A stretch of 64,000 nucleotides of DNA from a virus, in the IMG/VR virus record IMGVR_UViG_3300030114_000522; one strand, written 5' to 3'. The position numbers and the translations under genes are program-made. Below the pieces are notes generated by a model that was not told the DNA's origin, ran no database searches, and worked only from the letters and a program-made list of their open reading frames with translations. Positions 1 to 9,866 of this stretch are shown in pieces; within the stretch, counting starts at the first letter, position 1, and every line of letters begins with the position of its first letter.

Positions 1-65
1 CAAACCAGCTTCTTTTATTAGTATAAAACCTCATAATAAACAAATACTATTTATGAGGTTATTAA

Positions 66-272
66 ATGAAATATTCTTCTAAAATAAAAATATCAGATAA
101 ACTTACATTCTTTGTAATAGCATGTTTTTTATGTATTACATTTACATTAAAATTATACGATACCTTATCTTATGGTCAGTTAACATTCTCTATAATATTA
201 ATGATACTTTTAATTCTTCTAATTCAAGTATTTGAAATAAAAGATAATTTATCATTGAAAAATAAAGACTAA
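66..272 (+). CDS. small membrane protein (2 predicted TM helices)
   Basis: 68 aa with two hydrophobic segments; GAGGT RBS at 55-59. Confidence 0.7.
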   Translation: MKYSSKIKISDKLTFFVIACFLCITFTLKLYDTLSYGQLTFSIILMILLILLIQVFEIKDNLSLKNKD

Positions 273-287
273 TATAGGAGGTAATTT

Positions 288-470
288 ATGATTAATAGAT
301 TTACTAAAAAATATTCAAAGCGTTCCACTAAAATAACTTTAGCTATATTATTATTTGATTGTATACTTTGGGGTTTCTATAGTATATCACATCATATATC
401 TCCAATAATCCAATTGCCAGTAGCAGTAATATTTGTAGCTTGTGCAAGAGTAATTGATAGGTTAGACTAA
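288..470 (+). CDS. small membrane protein
   Basis: 60 aa, basic N-terminus plus two hydrophobic segments; AGGAGG RBS. Confidence 0.7.
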   Translation: MINRFTKKYSKRSTKITLAILLFDCILWGFYSISHHISPIIQLPVAVIFVACARVIDRLD

Positions 471-854
471 AATTTTTATACTTTCTTTTACCTTTAATAC
501 AATCAAATTCAAATAAACATCAATGGCACAAGTTTAAGTACAATAATATTCTGACACCTAAGTTTATTTTGTAGTCTATTTCAATTACAATAATTCTATG
601 TTATAATAAATGTTTAATACTAAATTGCACAAACAAAAGAGTAGGAAGTACCCACGATGCTTTTCTATTCTTTTATTATTTTAATATGTATAGAATCTAT
701 AAACATGGATACAATATTAATGTCATGAGGTAACTCTCGTTGATTATTTAATTTTCAGGAATAGGGAAGTTTGATTAATTTCATTCTTCTCTATTTTCAG
801 TTTATAAGTATAAAATCTCGCTAACAAGTAAATACTAATCACGAGGTGATTTAA

Positions 855-1043
855 ATGAAACTTACTAAATTTGAAAAACGTTGGAGCAAAATAGCTGATA
901 TAGTATTTATATTTAGTATTCCAATTTCAGCTATTATATTAATCCTAAGTTATTTCATTGATATTCCAAATGCTCATGAAACTTTTATTGGAGTATTAGT
1001 TACATTTATAGCAAGTCAATATATAAGAAAAATAGAGTTATGA
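855..1043 (+). CDS. small membrane protein
   Basis: 62 aa, two hydrophobic segments; GAGGTG RBS; leader resembles that of 66..272. Confidence 0.7.
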   Translation: MKLTKFEKRWSKIADIVFIFSIPISAIILILSYFIDIPNAHETFIGVLVTFIASQYIRKIEL

Positions 1044-1102
1044 TTAATAGTTTTATATTTGTAAAACTCGTCATTTTGTGAACTATTAATTATTGCAATA
1101 AA

Positions 1103-1148
1103 TTACATTCCTAGAACATATACGAATTATTTTACATTCCTAGAACAT
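1103..1148. repeat. 17-bp direct repeat x2 (TTACATTCCTAGAACAT)
   Basis: copies at 1103-1119 and 1132-1148. Confidence 0.9.
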
Positions 1149-1210
1149 TGAAATCTTAAATATTAGCATGGTTGTCACATTATTAAATTTCATTATCTCT
1201 TGTTCTCAGA

Positions 1211-2146
1211 TTAGTCTATATTAAGTCTCATATTAAATAATCCTTGTAAATATTTTAAATCTTCTAATCTTGTTCCTTTATAAAATACTTTTGGGTTAAT
1301 TGTTATTAGTTTTTTATTCTTTATTTCATTAATACATACAACAGATTCTCCATTTACTGTCATATCCATTAATCTTTTTTTAAATCTTGTTATATTGGTT
1401 TGCCCTAATATATCCGCTATTTCATTTAAGGTATAAGGATGAATGTGTTCTAAAACTTCTTGGGTCACATCTTCATTTTTACATATTACATTATATCCAA
1501 AATTCAAATAGGGCAATAATTGAAATAGTAAAGCCAATTGTTTATGTTCTGTAGGTTTAGATTTTTCATATAATTCCTTTATCCCATTTTCAAACATTCT
1601 TGTTTTTCCTATCTTTTTATTTTTCATAATATCACCCTTCTTACAATATTTAGGATTTATACTTAAAGTTTTATCATCATTAATTATTAATAATTCTTTT
1701 TCAATGAGTTCTATTTTAGTGCTATATACTTCAGTCCTACTTAATTTTAATATTGATTGTAAATCTTCCTCGTATATTGGAATATGTCTTGTTGTTTTAT
1801 TTATAACCAATAAGTTATCATAATTTATATAACAACTTAAATATAAAAATCTTGTCAAGTGTTGTGGTTTTAGTTTGTCTAATAATCTATTATAAAAGTT
1901 AAAATAAAAATGTCCACAACCATCCAATATAGCTTCTTGAAATTCAGTTTTCTCCTTTTGCCATTGTAAAATTTCTTGTGTCTTTTCTTTCTTTTGCTCC
2001 TCCATATTAACAAAATCCATAGCTATATTTTCTAAACATTTAATATTAGGAGTTATTAATTCTCCATCTATTGTGACTAGTCCATTATTTTTCATTATAT
2101 TTACATAATCATTTATTTTTGCAGTATATTCTCCTGCCATAATCAT
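1211..2146 (-). CDS. RepL-like / winged-HTH DNA-binding protein
   Basis: two internal domains ending in INPKYCKKG and INPKVFYKG, reminiscent of Firmicute RepL-type proteins. Confidence 0.5.
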   Translation of the reverse strand: MIMAGEYTAKINDYVNIMKNNGLVTIDGELITPNIKCLENIAMDFVNMEEQKKEKTQEILQWQKEKTEFQEAILDGCGHFYFNFYNRLLDKLKPQHLTRFLYLSCYINYDNLLVINKTTRHIPIYEEDLQSILKLSRTEVYSTKIELIEKELLIINDDKTLSINPKYCKKGDIMKNKKIGKTRMFENGIKELYEKSKPTEHKQLALLFQLLPYLNFGYNVICKNEDVTQEVLEHIHPYTLNEIADILGQTNITRFKKRLMDMTVNGESVVCINEIKNKKLITINPKVFYKGTRLEDLKYLQGLFNMRLNID

Positions 2147-2533
2147 CCTTCCCTTCTGTCATTTTAATTTGTTAAGAGTAATTACTAAACGCCATATAAA
2201 GTAATAAAACTCTCCAAAAGAGAACTGGATTGGCGTAATCCTAATTCTCCTCGGAAGGATAAATTAAGATAACTTTTCAGTTACCTTTTGCAAAGTTCTA
2301 AGCTTAACAAAATTTATTTAATTTTTTAGTTATGAGTAATTTTAATTACGAAATAACAAATCAGCTTTAGCTGAAACCACCTCGTAGAGATAAATACATA
2401 ACAAAAAAGAAGGCTAAACCTAAATTCAACCTCCTTAATTGACATTAATTAATTTTTCAAAGCCAGCAATAACCTCATTTAAAAATCTAAATATTGTTAT
2501 AAATTTGTTATTTTATACTGACTTTGTATTATT

Positions 2534-2683
2534 TTAATTTGTTGCAATATAATCTTCTCCAACTATTTCTTTATATTGTTCTTCAGTTATTTTTTCTTTA
2601 ACTACCGCAACCTTAACATTATTCTTATCCCACCTATTTGAAGAATAAAAATCTATTATTTCTTTATACCAATCAATATCCAT
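2534..2683 (-). CDS. xkdX: XkdX-family small tail-fibre-associated protein (not in ORF track)
   Basis: manual translation MDIDWYKENNRFYSSNRWDKNNVKVAVVKEKITEEQYKEIVGEDYIATN; ITEEQYKEIVGEDY is the XkdX signature. Confidence 0.8.
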   Translation of the reverse strand: MDIDWYKEIIDFYSSNRWDKNNVKVAVVKEKITEEQYKEIVGEDYIATN

Positions 2684-3016
2684 CTACAATAAACCTCCAT
2701 TCATTAGCGAAAATAATATTACTGCATTATTATCTTGTAATTTATTATTTTGCTCTTCTAACTTTTTTATTTTATTTTCTTGCCATTTATCTTTTCCTAA
2801 AATAAAATAATCTCTACAATCTTCTAAATTAGAAATATCAATAATATCTCCATTATTTAAATTAATAGTGTCAGATTCTAAAACTATATAATCTGAACCA
2901 TTTCCCAATATAGAAATTGTATTATCTCCACTAATGCTTCCTTCATATGCTGATATTATGTTTTTTATTTTATTTTCAATTTGAAAACTATATTTATCAT
3001 ATACATAAGCTATCAT
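2684..3016 (-). CDS. XkdW-like tail fibre assembly protein
   Basis: C-terminal coiled coil ending LMNGGLL, directly upstream of xkdX. Confidence 0.55.
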   Translation of the reverse strand: MIAYVYDKYSFQIENKIKNIISAYEGSISGDNTISILGNGSDYIVLESDTINLNNGDIIDISNLEDCRDYFILGKDKWQENKIKKLEEQNNKLQDNNAVILFSLMNGGLL

Positions 3017-3029
3017 TATATATTACCTC

Positions 3030-4499
3030 CTAACTCTTTACTAATACATTAACATTAACATTTCTAGTTATTGTTGATAGATTTTTAATAGCAAGTGTAG
3101 TATCATTGACCACTTTTACTCCAAATCTTACAGTTGTTTCATCATAACTACCATAACTCGCATATTCAGTGTGTTGTGGTGTCACATAAACTAGTGTTAT
3201 TTTGCCTATACTTGGGGTAACCGTAATATCATTTGTGCTTAGTTGAAATGCTAAATCTAAATTTACTGGAGTTATTCCCAAACTATTTAAATCAGTTGCT
3301 AATGTTGTTTTTGGTAAATTAGTAAAATAAGTAGATAATTCGCTAAATTGATTACTACTAGTCCAATTTATAGCCATATCTCCTGTGAATTTGTGAATAC
3401 CTGTTCCATCTTTATATAACCAATTTGTTTTATTATCTACACTAAACAGACACTTAACAGATGTATTGGTCGGAGTTGTTATAGTCGAACTTAATGACTC
3501 TATCGTTTTTATTGGTGTAAGGTTAAAACTTGATTCTGAAGTTGTCATAAAGTTGGTTAGAAGACTAGATGGCAACATTAGTAATTCAGCAATCTGTAAA
3601 TAAGTATCTCCACCATTAGCCGTTATATTTATTCTATAATATAAATAATTTGTTGTGTTGGTAAAACTATATGATTTATAAGTTCCTGTAGACCAAGATG
3701 TTTGTGCTGTTCTTGTATCAAGTATTGTCCAGCTTATATCATCATTACTTCCTTCGAAAGTCCACGATACAGGAGAGCGAGTTGTAACAAATGTTGCAGT
3801 CGGGACTGGTAGTATTTTATAATTAGTTATACATTTAGAATTTTCAAATTGATATTTTAGCCATCCAGTTTTAACTGCATTTGTTGCCCAAGCATTTGAT
3901 GAAGAACCATTTCCATCGAATGCCAAATATGGGTAAACCTCGGGTAAATATGTACTTGCACTAGCAACTCCTTTAGGGGTAGTTGCACTTGTCATAGTTG
4001 GAATAATTGTATCTATTTTTAATTGTACTTTATTACTACTAAATATAATGTTATAAATATCTTGAAAAACGTATTTAATAACGTCACTAAAATCTACATG
4101 TATATCGGAAACAGTATTTCCTGATATTTCTTCTTTTACATTTAATATCATTTCATCTTCTGTTGCCGTAGGATGTATTAGCATAGCTTCTTGACCTGAT
4201 GTTAATGTAACAGGACTTCCACTAGGAACAATTATGTTTCCTGTGCCATTTACTATACCAGCGACAGCAACTGAAACCCATTCGTTTGTTCCAGTATTTC
4301 CATTATACATAAGCATTCTTTTATCAGCACGGGTAGAATCATCTATAGAGACATCATTGAGTTTTGTAGCGTTGCCACTAACAACTTTATTATCATATAT
4401 TAATTCTCCATTTGAATCTTCTGAAATTTTATCTATATATCCTTTATTACTATGTGAATGCACTTGTTTTAATATTATATTTTGTTTCACTTCCAACAC
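3030..4499 (-). CDS. tail fibre/receptor-binding protein with discoidin (F5/8-type C)-like domain
   Basis: PYLAFDG...W...WLKYQF...PVSWTFEGSND...W...YLYYRINITANGG...IAEL. Confidence 0.75.
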   Translation of the reverse strand: MLEVKQNIILKQVHSHSNKGYIDKISEDSNGELIYDNKVVSGNATKLNDVSIDDSTRADKRMLMYNGNTGTNEWVSVAVAGIVNGTGNIIVPSGSPVTLTSGQEAMLIHPTATEDEMILNVKEEISGNTVSDIHVDFSDVIKYVFQDIYNIIFSSNKVQLKIDTIIPTMTSATTPKGVASASTYLPEVYPYLAFDGNGSSSNAWATNAVKTGWLKYQFENSKCITNYKILPVPTATFVTTRSPVSWTFEGSNDDISWTILDTRTAQTSWSTGTYKSYSFTNTTNYLYYRINITANGGDTYLQIAELLMLPSSLLTNFMTTSESSFNLTPIKTIESLSSTITTPTNTSVKCLFSVDNKTNWLYKDGTGIHKFTGDMAINWTSSNQFSELSTYFTNLPKTTLATDLNSLGITPVNLDLAFQLSTNDITVTPSIGKITLVYVTPQHTEYASYGSYDETTVRFGVKVVNDTTLAIKNLSTITRNVNVNVLVKS

Positions 4500-4514
4500 T
4501 CCTTTCTTATATAT

Positions 4515-7223
4515 TTAGTTTTTAAGTTTTATCAAATTTTCTCCTGCTGAATTTCCAACTGTTTGTCCTATATAGTGAGGAGATGTATTATCTACAACTA
4601 ATGTACCACTAGAATCTACAATTAAATAGCTAAAAAGTGTGCTTGCATTGGTATTACTGAATACTAAATCCTTTGTTTGTATGTAGCCATAGTTATTTAT
4701 AGTACAATTATTGAGTGCAAATCCTGCAAAATAATCTTTATTAGAAGCGTTTAATTTTTCTATTCCAGTAGGTGTCATAATAAAAGTACCAATCTGATGC
4801 CAACTGTATTGCTTAGATTGGTACACATAGCAAACAGCATCACCTTTAACTATATTAGAAATTCCTATATTTTTTAGATACTTTCTTCCGTTTGACAAAG
4901 GGAATGATTGACATGTCCCATTGAAAGTTTTCATTCTAGGGCATTCAGAATTTACATTCCATATAAAAGCATTTTGGCTATAATTATTTCCTTCTATCAT
5001 TAACCCACCTTCTATATTACAGTTATCAAAAATAATAGTATCTCTAATATTATCACTACTTGTTCTAAAATTAGTCACAAGTCCAGCATAAGTTCCGCCT
5101 ATTATCGTACAATTCTTAAAATCAAATAACGAAGGTTTTCCACCACCATTATCAGCCCAATTATGCATGTTTATACTTGCAGAAGTAATAATATCCGTTA
5201 TAGGGCAAGCTATAATTTGACTATCGTATACATGAATCCTTTGTCCAGAAGTCATCCCAATACCAAGTGCTTGTCCTCCATTTGTATTGTTTATAAAGGG
5301 AGCTAAAGTATCTTTAGTTCTCCTTAATATACAATTTTTTATCCATATATCAAATTCATCTGTATTATTATTTGCATCTGCATGAATACAATATACATCA
5401 TTATTATAACTTTCGATTGTTAAGTCTTGGATTGTACAATCTACGGTTGCAAAAAATCCATCAACCCATTGTTGAATTGTATGTCCTCCATCTGTATGCA
5501 TTATAATTTTTGTTGAGTCTGGAGCTATTCCTTTTAGAGTCCACCCTTTTTTCATATGCAAACCTGTATTTAATACATCATACGTTTCTTTTAGTAATGA
5601 GATTGTTTTTTCACCTTCTGTTTCTGTGCTAAAACAAGTTTCTAAACTTGTATATTTAGCCAAAGGCGAAGTTGCTGATACTATAATTGTTTCTTTTTCT
5701 ACATCTAAAGAACTAGAACAATTAACTATGAGTTCTCCACTAATTGCAGTATCATTTTCTAGCATTATATTATCAATACCAATTCTTCTATATCCTAATA
5801 GACCAGCATCTTCATCTCCATCATACATTACAGGTATTATATTTTTGGTTTTTAATCCATGAGTTATAGTTACCTTATACGTGTTTGTTGAATTATCAAG
5901 AGCCCAATCTGAACTGTTAATTATTATTGATTTGTTTATATTATTATTTATAGTTTTATATGTTCCATCATCTGTTTTAACTTTTGTTCCGTCTCCGTTG
6001 GTAATAATTCCATTTATTTTAGACTCTTGTTCTTCTGTTAATTCTGTTCCACCTCCAGTAGAATTTATAGTAACTTTATTTCCAACTACATTTAAAGAAA
6101 CATTAGTGCCGGCTTCTATATCGGTTACTTCTAATTTATTATTTAATATTCCGTTGATAATATTACCTTGATTAGCACTTAAAGGTTTATATATTTCTGT
6201 TGAATTAAGATTATCTACTATATCAATTGTATTTATTTTAGCTGAAACACTTGATTTAGTAGCATAATTAGTTTGTAAATCACTTATAGTTTCATAATCT
6301 CCTAAATCAGAAGTTTTAACTATTCCTGTTAAATCCATATTTACTTTAGGTAATATATTTTTTACTTCGCTAGTTAAGTCTACTTTATTAACACTTAAAT
6401 CTCTTTGAGTTGCACTAGATAATCCACTATAGTATGGTAATTGCGATGAATTGTTAGTAGTATTATTACAAATATATGTTGTTCCGTCCCCCCCATGTTG
6501 TTCATCAGTTGCTACATATACAATATAACTTTTTCCACTAGATAATGTGGTAAAATTAAAAGCTAATAAATTTGAATATGTAGTAAAAACTCCATTATAT
6601 AGTTCAATTCCACCGTTAATAAAATTAGAAAATTTGGTCATAATATTTTCATCTAACCCACTAATAAAATTGAGTTCCGACAATGTAACTATTTGACCTT
6701 CTAATGATTTAGCAACTATTTTATTATTAGATATTTGTATTGTTGAATTATCTATTAAATTACCTAGATAATCAGATGTTGCAGATGCAGATGTTAATTT
6801 TACTCTTTCGTCACTACTTGATGAATCTTTATTAATCCATTTTGAAGTAGAATTATCATATTTCAATTCTTGGGCATCTGTTGGATTTGTGATATTTATA
6901 TCTGTTATATCGGAAATTACATGAGTATGTATTTTAGTAGAAAATGCGTCATCTATTTCAGTTTTATTATAATAATTACTTAAATCAACTGTTCCACTAA
7001 TTGGTTGACCATTAAACAACAATTTATTATTAGTATCTAATGTAAATTTCTCTAAAATTGTAGCTAAATTACTATGTATATGATTTGCTGGAATTGTTAC
7101 ATTTATAATTCCACTATTTACAGTGGTAAATTTCAATCCCGTGCCAGTAGCTTCTATATTTGATATACCACTAGCAGTAGCTTTTATTTTGTTATTTAAA
7201 AGTGAATAGATAGTTGAATCCAT
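4515..7223 (-). CDS. tail fibre/spike with putative beta-helix (pectin-lyase-like) domain
   Basis: fibre repeats (DLSNYYNK, HTHVISDI, PLSANQG) followed by beta-helix-like repeats (TIQDLTIES, IKNCIL, FKNCTI, FDNCNI). Confidence 0.65.
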   Translation of the reverse strand: MDSTIYSLLNNKIKATASGISNIEATGTGLKFTTVNSGIINVTIPANHIHSNLATILEKFTLDTNNKLLFNGQPISGTVDLSNYYNKTEIDDAFSTKIHTHVISDITDINITNPTDAQELKYDNSTSKWINKDSSSSDERVKLTSASATSDYLGNLIDNSTIQISNNKIVAKSLEGQIVTLSELNFISGLDENIMTKFSNFINGGIELYNGVFTTYSNLLAFNFTTLSSGKSYIVYVATDEQHGGDGTTYICNNTTNNSSQLPYYSGLSSATQRDLSVNKVDLTSEVKNILPKVNMDLTGIVKTSDLGDYETISDLQTNYATKSSVSAKINTIDIVDNLNSTEIYKPLSANQGNIINGILNNKLEVTDIEAGTNVSLNVVGNKVTINSTGGGTELTEEQESKINGIITNGDGTKVKTDDGTYKTINNNINKSIIINSSDWALDNSTNTYKVTITHGLKTKNIIPVMYDGDEDAGLLGYRRIGIDNIMLENDTAISGELIVNCSSSLDVEKETIIVSATSPLAKYTSLETCFSTETEGEKTISLLKETYDVLNTGLHMKKGWTLKGIAPDSTKIIMHTDGGHTIQQWVDGFFATVDCTIQDLTIESYNNDVYCIHADANNNTDEFDIWIKNCILRRTKDTLAPFINNTNGGQALGIGMTSGQRIHVYDSQIIACPITDIITSASINMHNWADNGGGKPSLFDFKNCTIIGGTYAGLVTNFRTSSDNIRDTIIFDNCNIEGGLMIEGNNYSQNAFIWNVNSECPRMKTFNGTCQSFPLSNGRKYLKNIGISNIVKGDAVCYVYQSKQYSWHQIGTFIMTPTGIEKLNASNKDYFAGFALNNCTINNYGYIQTKDLVFSNTNASTLFSYLIVDSSGTLVVDNTSPHYIGQTVGNSAGENLIKLKN

Positions 7224-7249
7224 AATATCACCCCTTTCTATATTCTAAT

Positions 7250-7465
7250 TTAACTTATTTTTAACCATGTGCCTTTTTCACTTATACCCGAAGAAGATTT
7301 TGTAAACCAGTATACTTCTAATTCTCCTGTAGATTGATTTATTCCTGATGATGTCGAACCAGTCTCTATTCCATTATCTAAAACATCTAATATATCAACT
7401 GGTGCATTATCTAATGTTACTTCTATTCTTCCATAGGCGTCTCTATTAACTATTTGCCATGCCAT
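7250..7465 (-). CDS. hypothetical virion-associated protein
   Basis: 71-aa ORF with RBS upstream of the fibre gene. Confidence 0.6.
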   Translation of the reverse strand: MAWQIVNRDAYGRIEVTLDNAPVDILDVLDNGIETGSTSSGINQSTGELEVYWFTKSSSGISEKGTWLKIS

Positions 7466-7725
7466 AATTAATCACGTTCCTTCCTTATTTTAATTTATTA
7501 TTAAATCTAATTTATACTTTTTATAAATTCTAAAACTTTACCAAATATTGTATGTTTCTAGCTAACAAACACAAAATATAATAATGCTATAACCCAGTTA
7601 TAGCATTATTCTTAAATTTTAAAATTGTGATAAAAAGTGTATTTTATTTACTGTTTTTATTTTAATATATTATAAAAGACCTAGAATTTTTCATCTAAGC
7701 CTTTTAATTCAAATCAATATATAAT

Positions 7726-8475
7726 TTAAATAGATGTGCTTGTTGTATCCACTACAGGTTGTGAACCTTGATTCAAAGTAGCATTTATACTATCTAATTT
7801 AGCTTGAACAGTTTGTTTATCATTAGCTAACTGTGAAACTTGATTATTTAAATCATTTACTTGACTGGATAATTGTGCATTAGCTTGTTCAATATTAGAT
7901 TTATCTGAAGTTACTTGTGCTATTTGTTGAGTTAAAGTATCTTTATCAGATTGCAATTGTGCCAATTGATTTTGTAATTCTGTATTATCAACTACTGTTT
8001 GTGGTATTTCTGGTAATATTGTCTTAGAAACAGAACTAGAATCATCAACCTTTAAATCTCCTAATATTTTTTCTAATCTTGAAGCAATATACCCTTGAAC
8101 ATCTGTTACTTCTTGACTTAATATAGTAGTAGTTTTTTCATTTAATTGATTAGTAACAGAAGCAACTACATCTAATCCTATTGTTTCTAAACTATCTTTA
8201 TTTAATGTCCCATTAGCTATATTTAAAAGAAATTCTTTTTTAGTAGTATTTTCAGCATTAGATATTTCTGTATCTAATAAATCATCTACTCTGTCAAAAC
8301 AATCTTGAACTAATTTTCTTGTCTTTTCATCTTTAATAGTTGCAATTTTAATATTGATATAATCTACTACTTTAGCTTTATATAGTCCAAGGAAGGCTAT
8401 TCCTATTGGTATTGCTATTTGTAATATACTTACTATTGCTCCTAAAGTTTGTTGTGTTAATAATTGATTATCCAT
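7726..8475 (-). CDS. holin-like protein with C-terminal Gln-rich coiled coil
   Basis: single N-terminal TM helix, LL-H-holin-like core, immediately downstream of the endolysin. Confidence 0.55.
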   Translation of the reverse strand: MDNQLLTQQTLGAIVSILQIAIPIGIAFLGLYKAKVVDYINIKIATIKDEKTRKLVQDCFDRVDDLLDTEISNAENTTKKEFLLNIANGTLNKDSLETIGLDVVASVTNQLNEKTTTILSQEVTDVQGYIASRLEKILGDLKVDDSSSVSKTILPEIPQTVVDNTELQNQLAQLQSDKDTLTQQIAQVTSDKSNIEQANAQLSSQVNDLNNQVSQLANDKQTVQAKLDSINATLNQGSQPVVDTTSTSI

Positions 8476-8545
8476 AATTTATCATACTCCTTTTGCCTTT
8501 TATGTAGCATAACATATTATATATTTATATTATTTTAATTTATTA

Positions 8546-9577
8546 TTATAATTTTATAGCACTTCCATCACTAGCGAAATGATATCCATATAAATCAATA
8601 TCATGAATCATTTCACCGCTTGAATATAAACAATAATCCTTACCACCATCTTTAATCCATCCATTTGCCATACTACCATCAGTATTAAAATAATACCATT
8701 TATCTGATATTTTCTTCCAACCTATGGTCATAGCCCCTGTTTCTAAATCAAGATAATACCATTTTTTATCAGTTAACACCCAACCTGTTTTCATAGAACC
8801 ATCATTAGAATTCCCTAGCAAATACCATGAATTACCATCTTTTTTCCAATCATATTCCATCCAACCTTCATAATTAAAATGATACCATTTAGAATCTATT
8901 TTTTCCCAGTTATTAGAAGTATAACTTCCATCTTCATGTTTATACCACCATTTACTATTTTGGTTTATCCATTTACCTGCAATAGTAATATCATTTAGTA
9001 AGACTCCTTCAGTAAATGAATTAACGTCACAGTTACAATTTATTCCATCTATTTTACCCGTTTCAGTGTATTGATGCCCTATTCTATTGGTAAAGAAATT
9101 ATTATTTAAAGACCAAGGTTTATTATTATAATTAGCCTCCCAAAATGGCATATCTTTAATTTTATCACTTATATCTTCTATATAATTAATAAAGCTTGTA
9201 TAAGAATAAATACCTAATTGTAATGGACTTAATTGTTTGAAAGTATTTATAAATCTAATTACATAATTAGATAAACCATTAAAATTAGTTTCAATATCCA
9301 TCATTGGTATACAATCCCACTCATAATCTTTTATTGTTGTATAGAAATTTTGTGCTTGTGCTTCGGGGGATGAAGTACCCACTAAAAAATGGTATGCTCC
9401 TACTTTAAAATTATTAGCTTTACAATCATTGTAGAATTTATCCATATACGAATCTTTGAATGATTGTCCTTCTGTTGCTTTTACATATACATATTGAACA
9501 CCATTAGTTGCTACTTTACCCATATCTATTGAACCATCGTTATTTGAAATATCTATTCCAACTTTATAATTACTCAT
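8546..9577 (-). CDS. endolysin: GH25 muramidase plus cell-wall/choline-binding repeats
   Basis: GIDIS, YVKATEG, GAYHF, MDIE, QYTETG, CDVN motifs; C-terminal W...KWYYF...G.M repeats. Confidence 0.95.
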   Translation of the reverse strand: MSNYKVGIDISNNDGSIDMGKVATNGVQYVYVKATEGQSFKDSYMDKFYNDCKANNFKVGAYHFLVGTSSPEAQAQNFYTTIKDYEWDCIPMMDIETNFNGLSNYVIRFINTFKQLSPLQLGIYSYTSFINYIEDISDKIKDMPFWEANYNNKPWSLNNNFFTNRIGHQYTETGKIDGINCNCDVNSFTEGVLLNDITIAGKWINQNSKWWYKHEDGSYTSNNWEKIDSKWYHFNYEGWMEYDWKKDGNSWYLLGNSNDGSMKTGWVLTDKKWYYLDLETGAMTIGWKKISDKWYYFNTDGSMANGWIKDGGKDYCLYSSGEMIHDIDLYGYHFASDGSAIKL

Positions 9578-9611
9578 TTATGCATCATCTCCATTATTAT
9601 TCTAATTTATT

Positions 9612-9788
9612 CTAATTTATTTTAATTAAATCTAATCGTCCTAGTATAACTTCAATATCATCAACAATAACAATTATAGTATTATCAACAATTATAAATT
9701 TACTAGAACATTTTTTACATACGTATATTCCATTATTTTCAATTAATTCTGTTTCATCTTCTGTGCAATAATTTTTAGTTACTGGCAC
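9612..9788 (-). CDS. small Cys-containing hypothetical protein (not in ORF track)
   Basis: GTG start after a GGAG RBS; 58 aa with YC...YVCKKC. Confidence 0.5.
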   Translation of the reverse strand: MPVTKNYCTEDETELIENNGIYVCKKCSSKFIIVDNTIIVIVDDIEVILGRLDLIKIN

Positions 9789-9866
9789 AGCAATATCATC
9801 TCCTAAAGGTTTATTTTTTTAATATTTATTTTCGAGTAGATAAATTCATTGTTCCATTTTAATGTG

